From assembly GCF_006345805.1 (NCBI RefSeq), contig NC_043011.1:34794464-34858463 (forward strand): a DNA stretch of 64,000 nt, given 5' to 3'. Source of the DNA: Octopus sinensis. Lineage: Eukaryota. Below the pieces are notes generated by a model. The model worked only from the letters and a program-made list of their open reading frames with translations, ran no database searches and was not told the origin of the DNA. This document shows positions 51,080 to 64,000 of this stretch, in pieces. Position numbers and translations under genes: made by a program. Position 1 is the first letter of the stretch, and every line of letters begins with the position of its first letter.

Positions 51080-51794
51080 ATAAAGATTCCCTCTCCCCCT
51101 CTCCCCTTTCTCCATCCCTTCTCCCCTTCCTCTTCTCTCTCTCCCTCACTCCCCTTTCTCCATCCCCTTTTCCCCTTTCTCTTCTCTCTCTCTCTCTCTC
51201 CACTTCTCTACTGGTCTCTCATCATGTCTCTCTTCTCTTTCTCTCTCTCTCTGTCTTTCACTCTCTCACTTCTCTCCCTCTCCATGTCTTTCTCTTTCTA
51301 TCTCACTCCTCCTTCTCTCTCCACTTCTCTACTGGTCTCTCATACTCTGTCTCTCTTCTCTTTCTCTCTCTCTCTCTGTCTTTCACTCTCTCACTTCTCT
51401 CCCTCTCCATGTCTTTTCTCTCTCTCTCCCAGGCTCTCCTCTATCTCACTCCTTCTCCCTCTCTCCACTTCTCTACTGGTCTCTCATCTTCTGTCTCTTC
51501 TCTTTCTCTTTCTTCCTCACTTTCACTCTCTCACTTTTCTCCCACTCCATGTCTTTCTCTCTCTCCCAGGCTCTCTTTCTCTATCTCACTCCTTCCCTCA
51601 CTCTCTCTCCCAGGCTCTCCTTCTCTATCTCCCTTCTTCTCCTTTCCTCTCTCTCTCTCTCTCTCCACTTCTCTACTGGTCTCTCATCCTGTCTCTACTC
51701 TTTCACTCTCTCTCTCACTTTCACTCTCTTCATGTCTTTCACTCTCTCCCAGGCTCTCCTTTTCTATCTCCCTCCTTCTCTCTCTCTCTCCCCC

Positions 51795-51825
<31 letters not shown>

Positions 51826-51830
51826 ACACA
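51080..51830. repeat. CT-rich polypyrimidine tract with recurring sub-units
   Basis: ctccacttctctactggtctctcat and tctcccaggctctc each recur about four times. Confidence 0.85.
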
Positions 51831-52024
51831 CACACATATACACACAGCTATTTGTTTAGCTTTTCCTTTTTACTTCTTCAAACTATGTAAATATCAGAAC
51901 CTTTGCATAGAGCAACTCTTATATTGATCAAAACAGTATTGATTTATAGATTTTGGGAGTTCAGTGTCATGGATAAGAGAAATATTCACATATATATATT
52001 CCAGTTACTACTACTACTACTACA

Positions 52025-52071
<47 letters not shown>

Positions 52072-52144
52072 TACAGTTTGTCTGTCCTTCTGTCTTTATA
52101 AACATCCCATTCTTTTTGTTTTTGTTTATTCTCTCCCTCCCGCC

Positions 52145-52186
<42 letters not shown>

Positions 52187-52753
52187 CTAAGACACCTGTA
52201 TATGAATAAATATGTCCTAGAATAGGTGTGTGCGCATATATACATACATTGCATGTATGTATGCTATATATATAATATATATAATATATATATATATATA
52301 GAGATAGATGATAGATGATAGATAGATAGATACACACATACATACATACATACATACATACAACATACATACATAGATTTATGTGTGTGTATGTATATAT
52401 ATATATGTATGTGTGTGTGTTGTGTATAGTATATATATATACATGTGTATATATATATAATATATATATATATATATTATATATATATATATATATATAA
52501 TATGTATATATATCATCATCATCGTCGTCATTTAACATCAACTTTCCATGTCGGCATACATGTATACACACACCTATATACATACCTATCATACATACAT
52601 ATATGTCTGTATATATATATGTATGTATGTATGTATATGTATGTATGTATGTATGTATGATGTATACACACAACCCATACCAACATGGAAAACAGGCATT
52701 AAATGATGAAACTGATGTTGATACATGAGCAAACACACACGTGTTTATATATG

Positions 52754-52789
<36 letters not shown>

Positions 52790-53227
52790 TGTGCATGTGT
52801 GTGTGTGTGTGTGTGGATAGATAGAGAGACAGATAGATATACATAAATACATATATAGTTAAATATACACGTGTATTTGTGTATGCATATACACATACTG
52901 TATATACATGTGTATGTATGTGTGTGTATGTGTTGGTGGATGAGTGTGTGTGTGTGTGTGTATGTATGTGTATGCATGTATGTATAGTATGAGAGAGAGG
53001 GGTTGGTGGGTGTATCTTTCTACCACATGTTACTGACTGTGGGATCAATTCTGTCCTTTCAATCTGAATTAAACAGATGTTAATCTTGATGTTTACCATT
53101 TGATCTTTGGGTGTAATTTGCATTTCCCACCTCCCCTTAAAGCGTATCTATACACATACATGTGTACGATGCATGTATACATGTATGTGTGTGTGTATAT
53201 ATATGTATGTATATATATATATATATA

Positions 53228-53285
<58 letters not shown>

Positions 53286-53321
53286 TATATATAATATATA
53301 TATATATGTATATATATATAA

Positions 53322-53406
<85 letters not shown>

Positions 53407-53699
53407 ATACATCTGTATATATATATATACATATATGTGCATGTGCAAATGTGGGCATGCTTGTATGTATCATCATCATTACATATTTATATACACATAC
53501 ATATATATAGATATATATATCATACATACATGCATACATATATATATCAACCCATGTCAACAAGGAAAATACACATTAAATGATAATGTTCATGTTAATA
53601 CACACACACACACACACTCACACACCATGCACACACACACTCACACACACATGCACACACACACTCACACACACATGCACCACACACATCTTATGTAAA

Positions 53700-53758
<59 letters not shown>

Positions 53759-54254
53759 CAAGATAAGAAAATGGAGAAATACAAGATATACATATATATA
53801 TATATACATATGTATATATATGTACAAATATAGTTAGATATACATACTTGTGTATTTATATGCACTTGACAGAAGATTTATATTTTCGTACTTGTTTCTA
53901 TCACTATTTCAATACTCCACTCCACCTTTCCTCGTTCACCACCCCACCACCACCATCTCCTCCCCCAGCCAATCAATGCTTTTATTGCTGCATTTGTTCA
54001 TTTAGTTCACAGTAGGTAGGTACAAGGTATTTAGCTCACAGTAAGTAGGTACATAAGTTGAGTAGTTCGCTTCACAGCCAGGCAATTTCGGTGCCAGTCT
54101 CACTGGTTCACGTGAGGTTGTGCTTGAGCAAACGACTTCAATCACAGCCTCAGGCCTAACCCAAAGAGCTGTGAATGAAATTCGGTAGGTGAAAAAAACC
54201 TTGCAGAAGCTCTTTAAAAGGACCCGTTCCTATTTTTCAAAGGCAGTCTTATTC

Positions 54255-54372
54255 TTTTACCCCTGGCCCCCTAGTGACAACGATTTGTGTCAGCTACACT
54301 ATGGCAGGTATCCTTTTACCCCTGGACCCCTAGTGACAATGATTTGTGTCAGGTACACTATGGCAGGAATGG
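54255..54372. repeat. Two-copy 59-bp tandem duplication
   Basis: ttttacccctgg.cccctagtgacaa.gatttgtgtcag.tacactatggcagg at 54255 and 54314. Confidence 0.9.
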
Positions 54373-54814
54373 ACCACCCTTTTCATGAAATTAGCTGAGT
54401 GAGACATGGGTCACTGTCAGACAGGCCTCATGACTGAGACACTTTGAGGTAATTTTTCATTAAACATGTCATTCAGAAATTCTCACAGAGCACAGTTTGC
54501 CCATGACTGTTCAATGTCAAGAATTTGTTTGAGGTGCCTCATCTGAGGATGACTCCCTCATTTCTTCCCTGAAAAACCAGTCTTTAATAAATGTCTTTCT
54601 ACTTCTGAATGTGGCGCATTGGACAAGTGTCTTCTACTATAGTCTTGGGCCAACCAAAGCCATGTAGGTGGATTTGTTAGCTGGAAACTGAAAGAAGCCT
54701 GTCGTATATGTATATATGTGTGTGTGTCGTGTGTGTGTGTGTATATCTATTTATGTGTGTCTGTGCTTGTTCCCCCACTTGTCAACCAGTGTTATATATA
54801 TATATATATATACA

Positions 54815-56053
54815 CAGGGGTTGGACAAAATGGAAACACCTAGCATCATAGCATCATAATTTTGAAATATCTATAAAACCATCAAAAGCTTGTTTATTTT
54901 TATGTTTTTGTGATTTATTATTAGTGTTGCTTAATATGTTTTGCTAAAATTGCTATTTCTTTTCAGATATCATCAGAAAAAGGTAATTAAAATACATTAA
55001 AATGACAGATCTATCAGACTTTCAAAGAGGTCAAATTGTTGGTGCCCGTATGGCAGGCACTAGTGTAATGAAAACAGCTGAAATGTTTGATGCATCAAGA
55101 AGTACTGTCTCGAAAGTAATGACAGCTTTTGAGAAAGAGGGGAAAACCTCCTCATTGAAACAAAACTCTGAAAGAAAACCAAAACTTTCAGATAGAGACC
55201 ATCAGACTCTTACGCAAATTATTAGAAAGGATCACAAAAGTACAGCTCCACAAATTACCACAGAGCTTAATGACCACCTCGAGAACCCAATTTTCACAAA
55301 AACTGTTCGCTGGGAGCTGCACAAAGCCAGATTTCACAGAAAACTACTACTTTCAAAAACAAACGTTGCAAAGCATTCAGAGTGGAGTAAAAACCTACAG
55401 AATTGGTCCCTAGAGCAGTGGAAGAATGTTCCTTTTTTGGATGAGTCATCCTTTACTCTATTTCTGACTACTGACCGAGTATATGTGTGGAGACAGCCAA
55501 AAGAAGCATTTGACCCAAACTGCGTTCTTCCAACTGTTAAATATGGAGGAGGATATGTGATGATCTGGGGTGCTATATCTTGAAAATCTGCCAGTCCAAG
55601 GGTTTCCCTTCATGGCAGAACTAATAGTCAAGACTATTTAAGCATTTTATTTGATCAAATTGATCCTATGGTTGTGGAACTGTTTCTGGAGGGAAATGCA
55701 ATCTTTCAGGATGATAACGCACCAATTTACACAGCTAAAGTTGTTACTGAATGGCAAGAGGAACATTCTAGTGAAGTTGAACTCTTATCTGGCCATCACA
55801 ATCCCCAGATCATTTATGGTGCTTTTTAGAAAAACAAGTAAGGAGTCAATACCCTGCACCATCATCACTACAAGAATTGGAGACTGTTTTAGCTGAAGAA
55901 TGGGCAAAATTCCTTTGGAAACAATTCAAACTTTGTACGAGTTCATACCTCGTAGAATTTAAGCTGTAATTACTGTCAAAGGTGGTTCTACCCCATGTTA
56001 AAATAAATTTGTTTGAACTTTTAAGGTGTTTCCATTATTTTGACCAACCTCTG
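54815..56053 (+). mobile_element. Tc1-like DNA transposon, inactive
   Basis: TIRs caggggttggacaaaatggaaacacct / aggtgtttccattattttgaccaacctctg, in TA-rich context. Confidence 0.92.
55002..56001 (+). pseudogene. Tc1 transposase pseudogene
   Basis: N-terminal HTH, FLDES, VKYGGGYVMIWG, FQDDNAP, WPSQSPD motifs. Stop at 55581-55583, a frameshift, and the third catalytic motif (normally DLNPIE) is deleted. Confidence 0.9.
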
Positions 56054-56503
56054 TATATATGTATATATATATATATATTATATATATATATATACACACA
56101 TACATATCTACATACATACATACATAATACATACATACAAATATTGCTTCTTTAGCTTCTGTCAACCAAATCTACTCAAGGCTTTGATCGGCCCAGGGCT
56201 ATAGCAGAAAACACTTCTACGGCACGCAATTTTGGCGCAATTTCACAGTTACAGAATGATGAAATAAATACTTTGTACTGGAGCCAATATGATCAACTAA
56301 TACACTGATGGCAGTGCACCAGCATGGCCACAGTCTAATGGCTGAAACCAGTAAAAGAATGAAAGTGGTCAGACAGGCAAACAGACAGATAGATAATTAA
56401 CTAAACAAACTGACTGACAGATGTACACAGGAAGATATCATCTTGTATATTATATATGACTGTCTCAATATGTGTATGTAAGTTACACACATACATACAT
56501 AAT

Positions 56504-56538
<35 letters not shown>

Positions 56539-56864
56539 GTATATATGTGTGTATATAATTTTATATATATATATTATATCACCATAATCATTAAATTATA
56601 ATCACATATTTTATAGGTTTGTGCACATAAATACACAAAACATAGACTAAACAAAGAACTCAATACTGATTGTAGAGTCACAATGATATTTATTATTATC
56701 AATGGTTACTTTAGTTTACTTTGAAGTGTCAATAATGCTTGCTTCTCAAAACAGAGACTGTTTTCACTGTTTCCTCTGTTTTTCAGAAACCAATATCAGC
56801 AGAACTACAAAGTAAACAGTCACCATTGATAAAAAGAAAAATATCTTCATCATACAAACACACA

Positions 56865-56922
<58 letters not shown>

Positions 56923-57174
56923 TAGATAGGCAGGGAGGCAGGCAGGCAGTCAGACAGGCACGTACGTATGTAGGTAGATAAATAAAGATAAACTTCTTGA
57001 AATGAGGAGTAGATAGACAGCCGACAACTGATGAAGGGTCGTTCTTTATGTTACTTGTCCTGTTTGCCATGTGTTTCTCTTGTTTTTTGTGTATTCAACT
57101 CATTTGTTTTCATATTTCATATTGTTTACTGTGGTGACATCCTGTACCCATATATGTATATGTATATGTATACA

Positions 57175-57257
<83 letters not shown>

Positions 57258-57384
57258 TGTATATAATGTGTGTATATAATTTTATATATATATATTATAT
57301 CATCATAATCATTAAATTATAATCTCATATTTTATAGGTTTGTGCACAGAAATACACAAAACATAAATACACAAAATGCTCTCT

Positions 57385-57455
<71 letters not shown>

Positions 57456-57589
57456 CAGACAGAGAGAGAGCAATAAGAAAATGGAGGGGATCAATAGGTG
57501 ATACATCAACTTTTAGACATATTATGTCTATTTATTTATTTACTAAAATGACGATTAAAAGAATACACATACATGTATGCTTTACATAT

Positions 57590-58820
57590 TATGCTTTACA
57601 TAGTCAGGAAACTGAGAGAGTGGTTACATGACTTGTTAAAAGACAGAAGCCAGGCTGTCGCAGCCAATGGGACCCTCTCCAAGGAAACAGTAATAGTGAG
57701 TGGAGAGCCTCAGGGAACTGTCCTGGGGCCCCTGCTGTTTATTGTGGCCTTTTCGGTTATGCATCAGTTACACACACAGTCACACTTACTATCTATACTG
57801 ACATCACAAAAGTAGTACAAGCAGTCAATGAACCCGCCAATGATAATATTCTACAGAAAGACTTAGATGCCATATATAAATGGGCTGAAGACAACAACAT
57901 GCAATTCAATGCAGGTAAATTCCAAGCCCTCTGCAACCAGCTAACTGGTGCTCACAAGCTGCAACAACGATACATTGGAACAAAAGGAGCAGCAATGCCT
58001 CATTTCACATGCATTTCACCAAAACGGTGGCAATTTGTAGATGGTTGACCAGATGGATTCATAGGAAACTATGCTGGTTTTATAGAAGACATTTGTATTC
58101 AGCCATCTGGACTACTGCTCTCAACCATGTTGAATTAATAGCAGAAATTGAGGTAGTTCAGTTGTACTACACCAGAAAGATTGCATGGAAAAGCTGAGCT
58201 ACTGGAAGAGAGTGAAAAAAATTATGACTCTACTCCCTGGAGTGAAGACAGAAGAGATATGCTGCAATATACATATAGAAGAAGGCAGCAAGCTGGCAGA
58301 AATGTTAGCATGCTGGATGAAATGCTTAGCAGTATTTCATCTGTCTTTATGTTCTGAGTTCAAATTCCACCAAGGTCAACTTTGCTTTTCATCCTTTCAG
58401 AGTCAATAAATTAAATAGCAGTTGCATACTGGGGTCGATCTAATTGACTGGCCCCCTCCCCCAACATTTCCAGCATTGTGGCTAGAATGAAAAGAATATA
58501 CATATAGAAATGCCTGGAGGGGTTGGCACCTAACTTGGGTATTGAGAGCTATACCAGACCCCAAACTGGACAACACTGCACCATTCCAAAGGCTCCAGCC
58601 ATCCTATCTAGAGTAAAGACCATGTGCTGCAATAGCTTGGGACTAAAGGGCCCACAGCTAGTTAATACTTTATCAAAACATCTGCGGTATCTATATGGAG
58701 TAAGGGTAGATGTTTTTAAGAAATAACTTCATCTCCTGCTGTCCAAGGTCCCAGACGAACCTACATCATGACAAGAAACTAAAAAGATGGCAGCAATGTC
58801 AAACTCCTTCCTTCATCAAA
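57590..58820 (+). mobile_element. Decayed CR1-group LINE (RT and 3' region)
   Basis: SGEPQGTVLGPLLF, LQKDLDAIYKWAEDNNMQFNAGK, NSLGLKGPQLVNTL motifs with stops and frameshifts. Confidence 0.8.
58281..58494 (+). mobile_element. SINE-B inserted in the CR1-like LINE
   Basis: 15-bp TSD AATATACATATAGAA at 58266-58280 and 58495-58509. Confidence 0.9.
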
Positions 58821-59103
58821 AGCCACAGCATGGCCACAGCCTATGGGCTGAAGTGCAGAAGAGAATAAAAGAATAAAAGAATAGTGTTAACCATTGACCT
58901 TTATTTCATATCTTAAGCTCACATTGTTTTGGCTTTTTAAAAAAATCACATACATACATACAAACATATATACACACACATACATACACATGCAAACATA
59001 CATATATGCATACAAACACATACATATATGCAAACGAACACATACATACATACATACATACATACATACATACACACATACACTACATACATACATACAT
59101 ACA

Positions 59104-59135
<32 letters not shown>

Positions 59136-59692
59136 CATAGACACACATGCACACATATTATGAGCCTGTGATTTAACAGATAAAAGGATGGGGTAGGTAT
59201 GTCCATTACAACTTGAAAGTCCATTATTAAATCAAAAGTAATCTGGGAGCCATTTTTTTTAATTATCTTTCATGAAAAATAAAATAAAGCAAGCTTCAGT
59301 ACAATATACATTATAGCACGATACAAATTTATTAAATTATAATAAAGAATCTGTTATATTTATTGACTGCAAGATAGTGTGAGTCAGACTACGATAAAAA
59401 TAAATGTGATTATTTACTAAGCTGTCTAAAACAAACATTGACAGAACTTAGATTTTACATTTATTTAACAATACATATATGGACAGCACTGATTGCTTTT
59501 ATTTCAGAATGAAATCTGAAACATTGTTGTCTGCACTGGTAAATGCAATATGAAAGGTTCACAGCTTGATTTACTTATACACACACAAACACACACACAC
59601 ACACCACATATACATTACTTTATACAAACATTCATATATGCATTTTATATATGTATATATACATCTATGTACACACAAACCTATATACACAG

Positions 59693-59788
<96 letters not shown>

Positions 59789-60704
59789 ATATATATATAT
59801 GTATATATTTGTATACATATATATGTACATGTATATCTACATATATAGATGTATGTATGCATGTTTACAAACACATACACATATATTGAAATGCATACAC
59901 ATGCATATATACGCACGCATGCACACAGACACACACACATACACATATATTGGCTGTATATACACATACAAACATGTACATATATAAACATATATAAACA
60001 AATACAACCACATGCATACTAACACACATTACATTACGTAACTATGCATATAACCACTCATAGTAATACAAGCATATAAACACACGCACATGCACACACG
60101 CACACACGCACACACACACACACTCACACACTCACACATTTATATAATCCACATCATAAAGCAAATATAGATCATTAATTCAAAGAAACATTCATAAATG
60201 ACAATATGCATTATTCTAGGTATAATAAGAGGTCAAACTCCAACATCACAGTTCCAGTTCTTCAAAGCTGCTACTTCAAACAAGATAGAGAATCTGATTG
60301 TTGTAGAAATGTTATATAAGCAACCAGCAACCATCATCATCCATTTGGATACAGAGATGAAACTCTAGGGGAAGACTTATAAATCCTACACCGACATGGT
60401 CAGATGCTTTTAAAAGCATACACACTTGTTACGTAAATATACCTACACACACACATATATATATAGAGAGAGAGAGAAACCAATATGTGTATACAAAAAT
60501 ATCTATATAGGCATATATATATATATAGGTGAAGAGTGGCTGTGTACTAAGAAGCTAGGTGCAGGGATGGCTGTGTGGTAAGAAGCTTGCTTCTCAACCA
60601 CATGGTTCCAGGTTCGGTCCCACTGCGTGGCATCTTGGGCAGTGTCTTCTACTATAGCATCGGGTGACCAAAGCCTTGTGAGTGGATTTGGTGGATTGGT
60701 AGAT

Positions 60705-60770
<66 letters not shown>

Positions 60771-62767
60771 ATATATATACATATATACAACACACACACA
60801 CATTATATAAATATACCATACACATACATATATATATATATATGTATGTATACACACACACACATATATATATATATGGACATACAAATATCACATATAT
60901 AGAATACGTAAATGTGTATATGTACATGTATGTGTGTGTGTGTGTATGTGTGTATACGCATATACATATATATGTATATACACATGTATATGCACACCTA
61001 TATGTATATACACATAAATTCATAGTTTTTTAACAATATAAGAATTTGGAAACCATAAAACCCATGTAATTTGTGCACCTATGTAATTAACGCAGGTGAT
61101 TTTTCAGGATAATAATTGTTAAAAAAAAGCTTCTACTCATGTAAAATTCACACCCAAAAGCTTTCAGAATTGCTGATATGGACAGAAGGAAAAGGTTTTC
61201 AATTTAGTTGTATTTAGCATAATATCACTTACTTATGGTTAGATTTTATTAAATTTTCATTAAATAAAAATAATTTCTGTTTAACAGGTATCATATTAAT
61301 AGCTATTAAATTACAAAGTGTTTGTGTTTATAATAAACTTTATCTTACATTTCTTGCCCACAAGATCTTGTCCGATCTTTAGCATACTTCTGTATGTCTT
61401 CTCAAATCACGATTACAGTTGTTGATAATCATTATTAACAAAAACGCCCGATAAATACGCACAAGTGTTGCAGAATAAGTTTAATTACCAATAAATGTCA
61501 GCTTGGATGACACTCTACTCAACTGGCAGAGGAAGGTGACCAATCAAACTAATTGTGTAAACAGAATTCTGGATGGTCAAAAGTATCTTTTTGTCTCAAG
61601 CTCTGATTTTCTGCCTATTCTTGTCAGAACCTTTTATATGGGGTATCAAAATTTTAATCCCTTTCACACTTATAAAATGTCAAGCAAACTTTAAAATTTG
61701 TTATTACTGTTTTAGCTGGGAGACCAAACTGATAGTTTGGTAACCCGTTAAAATAAACATTCAAAATCAAAAGGAGAAAATAAACAGCTTTGCAAGTTTA
61801 ATTCAGTGTTTATTGAACAAGAGAGGTGTGAAATTTAAGAAGCGACTAGTTAGAATATACATGTCTGTGAAGAGACATAAACAAGAATAGCAAAAATCTA
61901 CCATAACAAAAGAACTGGTAATACATACATTACAAGTGTTCTATGAAGAGAATATGATTGCAGCACAATTCAACATGAATGTGAAACGACATTAAACATC
62001 ATATAAGGTAAATGAAGTTTTCTATAGGAACACTAAGTCATATTCATTTAGTGAGTTTACATGCACAAGGATGAATTATGATGTTGTCATTAGCATTAAA
62101 TGCAGTAAGAGCTGGTAGCAGCGATGTGGCAGTGATGAATCTCATTGTCCTAACACGGAGAAAGTGAGCAATAGCTTTCTGGAGGTAAACGCAAGCTAGA
62201 CTTATGAAGCAGAGAAAAACTGATCTATTTAAGGAAATTGCTGAGCTCTATTGTGATAGGTATAAATTCCAAGTAATGTAAAATATGGCCCGGATCATGA
62301 TTACCAACATGAACATCAAACTTCAAAAAGTATTTAACCATTCAATGGTTTTAGTAAATTTCTATAGAAAAAGTAAGCATTATACTGTCCAGCATACATA
62401 AAAGTCAACTTCATTATATTTTTTATGTAAAAACCTATTCTGACATTAAATTAGTCAACTTCTGGTATGAATGTTTACATTTGCATGTCATTTTTCAACA
62501 AAATAAAATTTGTAAAAAAATTCTGGAAACAATCTACTCATGTTTAATTTATGCACCTACTAAAGTTTATTTTTGTTTTTACTCTTTTACTTGTTTCAGT
62601 CATTTGACCGTGGCCATGCTGGAGCACCACCTTTAGTCAAGCAAATCGACCCCAGGACTCATTCTTTGGAAGCCTAGTACTTATTCTATCGGTCTCTTTG
62701 CTGAACCGCTAAGTTACGGGGATGTAAACACACCACCTTAGGTTGTCAAGAGATGTTGGGGGGACAA

Positions 62768-62798
<31 letters not shown>

Positions 62799-63211
62799 CA
62801 ACAGGCTTCTTTCAGTTTCTGTCTACCTAATCCACTCACAAGGCTTTGGTCAGCCTGAGGATATAGTAGAAGACACTTGCCCAAGGTGCCACGCAGTGGG
62901 ACTGAACCCAGTCATGACTGAAGGGGGTCTCAGCAAGAGCCTAAGTAAATCTAATAGATTGGTTTGTATATTTATCCCTTTAGCATTTAAACCAGCCAAA
63001 TCCAGCCCAACTATTCTGCTTGCTTTATGCGCAAACCAGCCAGATCCAGGGTCTTACATCTATCCTTCAATGGCATCCCAAAAGTAACCAATCACACCAT
63101 CAAAATTTCAAAGCTACAAGATAAAGCAATGTGAATAAATAAGCCATACATGTGACTGAGTAATCTGAACATTCCTGGCAGCTAGCTTTGTTAATAAATT
63201 AAAGAGTTTAA

Positions 63212-63575
63212 CCCTTTTGATACCAGCACACCAGATACTACTACTACTACTACTACTACAACTACTACTACTACTACCACCACCACCACTACCACCACCA
63301 CCACCCTCACCACCACACCACCACCACCACCACCACCACCACCACCATCATCGTTATCATCCTTACTGGTTCTATGATACAAACTTCCTGTTCTAAAGTG
63401 ATCTAAATTAAAATCTTCCAATAATATTTCAAGTTTTCTTTTTTTTATTAAGTTCCAAACACCAGCTTAATAAACGAGGCAAGTTATTTTAATAAATTCT
63501 TCATTATTTCCAAAATTAATTGAAACAAAACCAGTGTATCTCAACAAAAATATTGTAATAAAAAAACAAAAAGGG
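63212..63575. mobile_element. piggyBac-like MITE with internal (CTA/CCA)n expansion
   Basis: TTAA|CCCTTTTG ... CAAAAAGGG|TTAA. Confidence 0.8.
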
Positions 63576-63783
63576 TTAAACAGTTAAAATGGAGTGGAAC
63601 CCTTTGAACTGATAGGATTTTTCTATCTTGGAGAACATCTTAACAAGCTTACAAGAGCTGACATATTCGGATTATAATGAGATGATAGTCTACTTGGCCC
63701 ACAAAGTAGGAATGGCTACAGCATGGGTAAGTTGATTTTAGAAAGGACCTAATAAATTAAATATCACCATCAGCACCAACCTG

Positions 63784-63946
63784 TTGTGTCTGAGGAGTAT
63801 CATTCTCTTTTAGTGCCTTATTATTTAACACACTCACTGGTAAAGTTTCCACTCATTTATTTATTTATTTACTTAATTTTCACACTTTACCAGTGAATGT
63901 GTGAAATAATAAGGCACTAAAAGAGAATGACTCCCCCAAGACACAA
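63784..63946. repeat. Hairpin with arms of about 63 bp (probable MITE)
   Basis: ttgtgtc..cattctcttttagtgccttattattt..tcactggtaaagt mirrored around a 37-nt loop. Confidence 0.8.
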
Positions 63947-64000
63947 AATATACTTCAACACATTAGGAAGGGAAACTGAAAGAAGCCCATTGTGTATATA

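Noticed and set aside
51031-51927. 298-aa Leu/Ser-rich ORF resembling a membrane protein
   Set aside because: Product of the CT tract, with no domain features.
57028-57070. CTGATGAAGGG resembling a hammerhead start
   Set aside because: No closing stem II or GAAA downstream.
61780-62340. Repeat-poor stretch that might be a decayed transposase or an exon
   Set aside because: All frames I tried contain stops, and I recognise no motif.

Overview
AT-rich, repeat-saturated eukaryotic DNA with no prokaryotic features. The SINE/MITE repertoire matches what I recall from Octopus genomes, so the taxon is an inference. One protein-coding gene is supported: a minus-strand Golgi endo-alpha-1,2-mannosidase (MANEA/MANEAL-like, GH99). 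Its three coding exons (34338-33747, 30727-30618, 22868-22044) have canonical GT-AG sites and consistent phases, and splice to 508 aa with the FNEWHEG catalytic motif. The rest is tRNA-derived SINEs of several families, decayed LINE 3' ends (RTE, CR1-like, L1/Tx1-like), a dead Tc1 transposon, MITEs (Merlin-like, mariner-like, piggyBac-like), two Helitron derivatives, and many micro- and minisatellites. Nearly all other ORFs in the track are low-complexity artefacts. The most notable unannotated signal is a set of type I hammerhead-ribozyme motifs of the Penelope-associated kind: a head-to-head pair in a 129-bp palindrome, one between ~290-bp inverted arms, one behind a tRNA-like head, and one inserted into a SINE. 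Also notable are an out-of-frame uORF overlapping the MANEA start, a LINE tail abutting the MANEA splice acceptor, and a palindromic MITE variant. All folds and alignments were read by eye. I found no evidence of a large novel multi-gene system.
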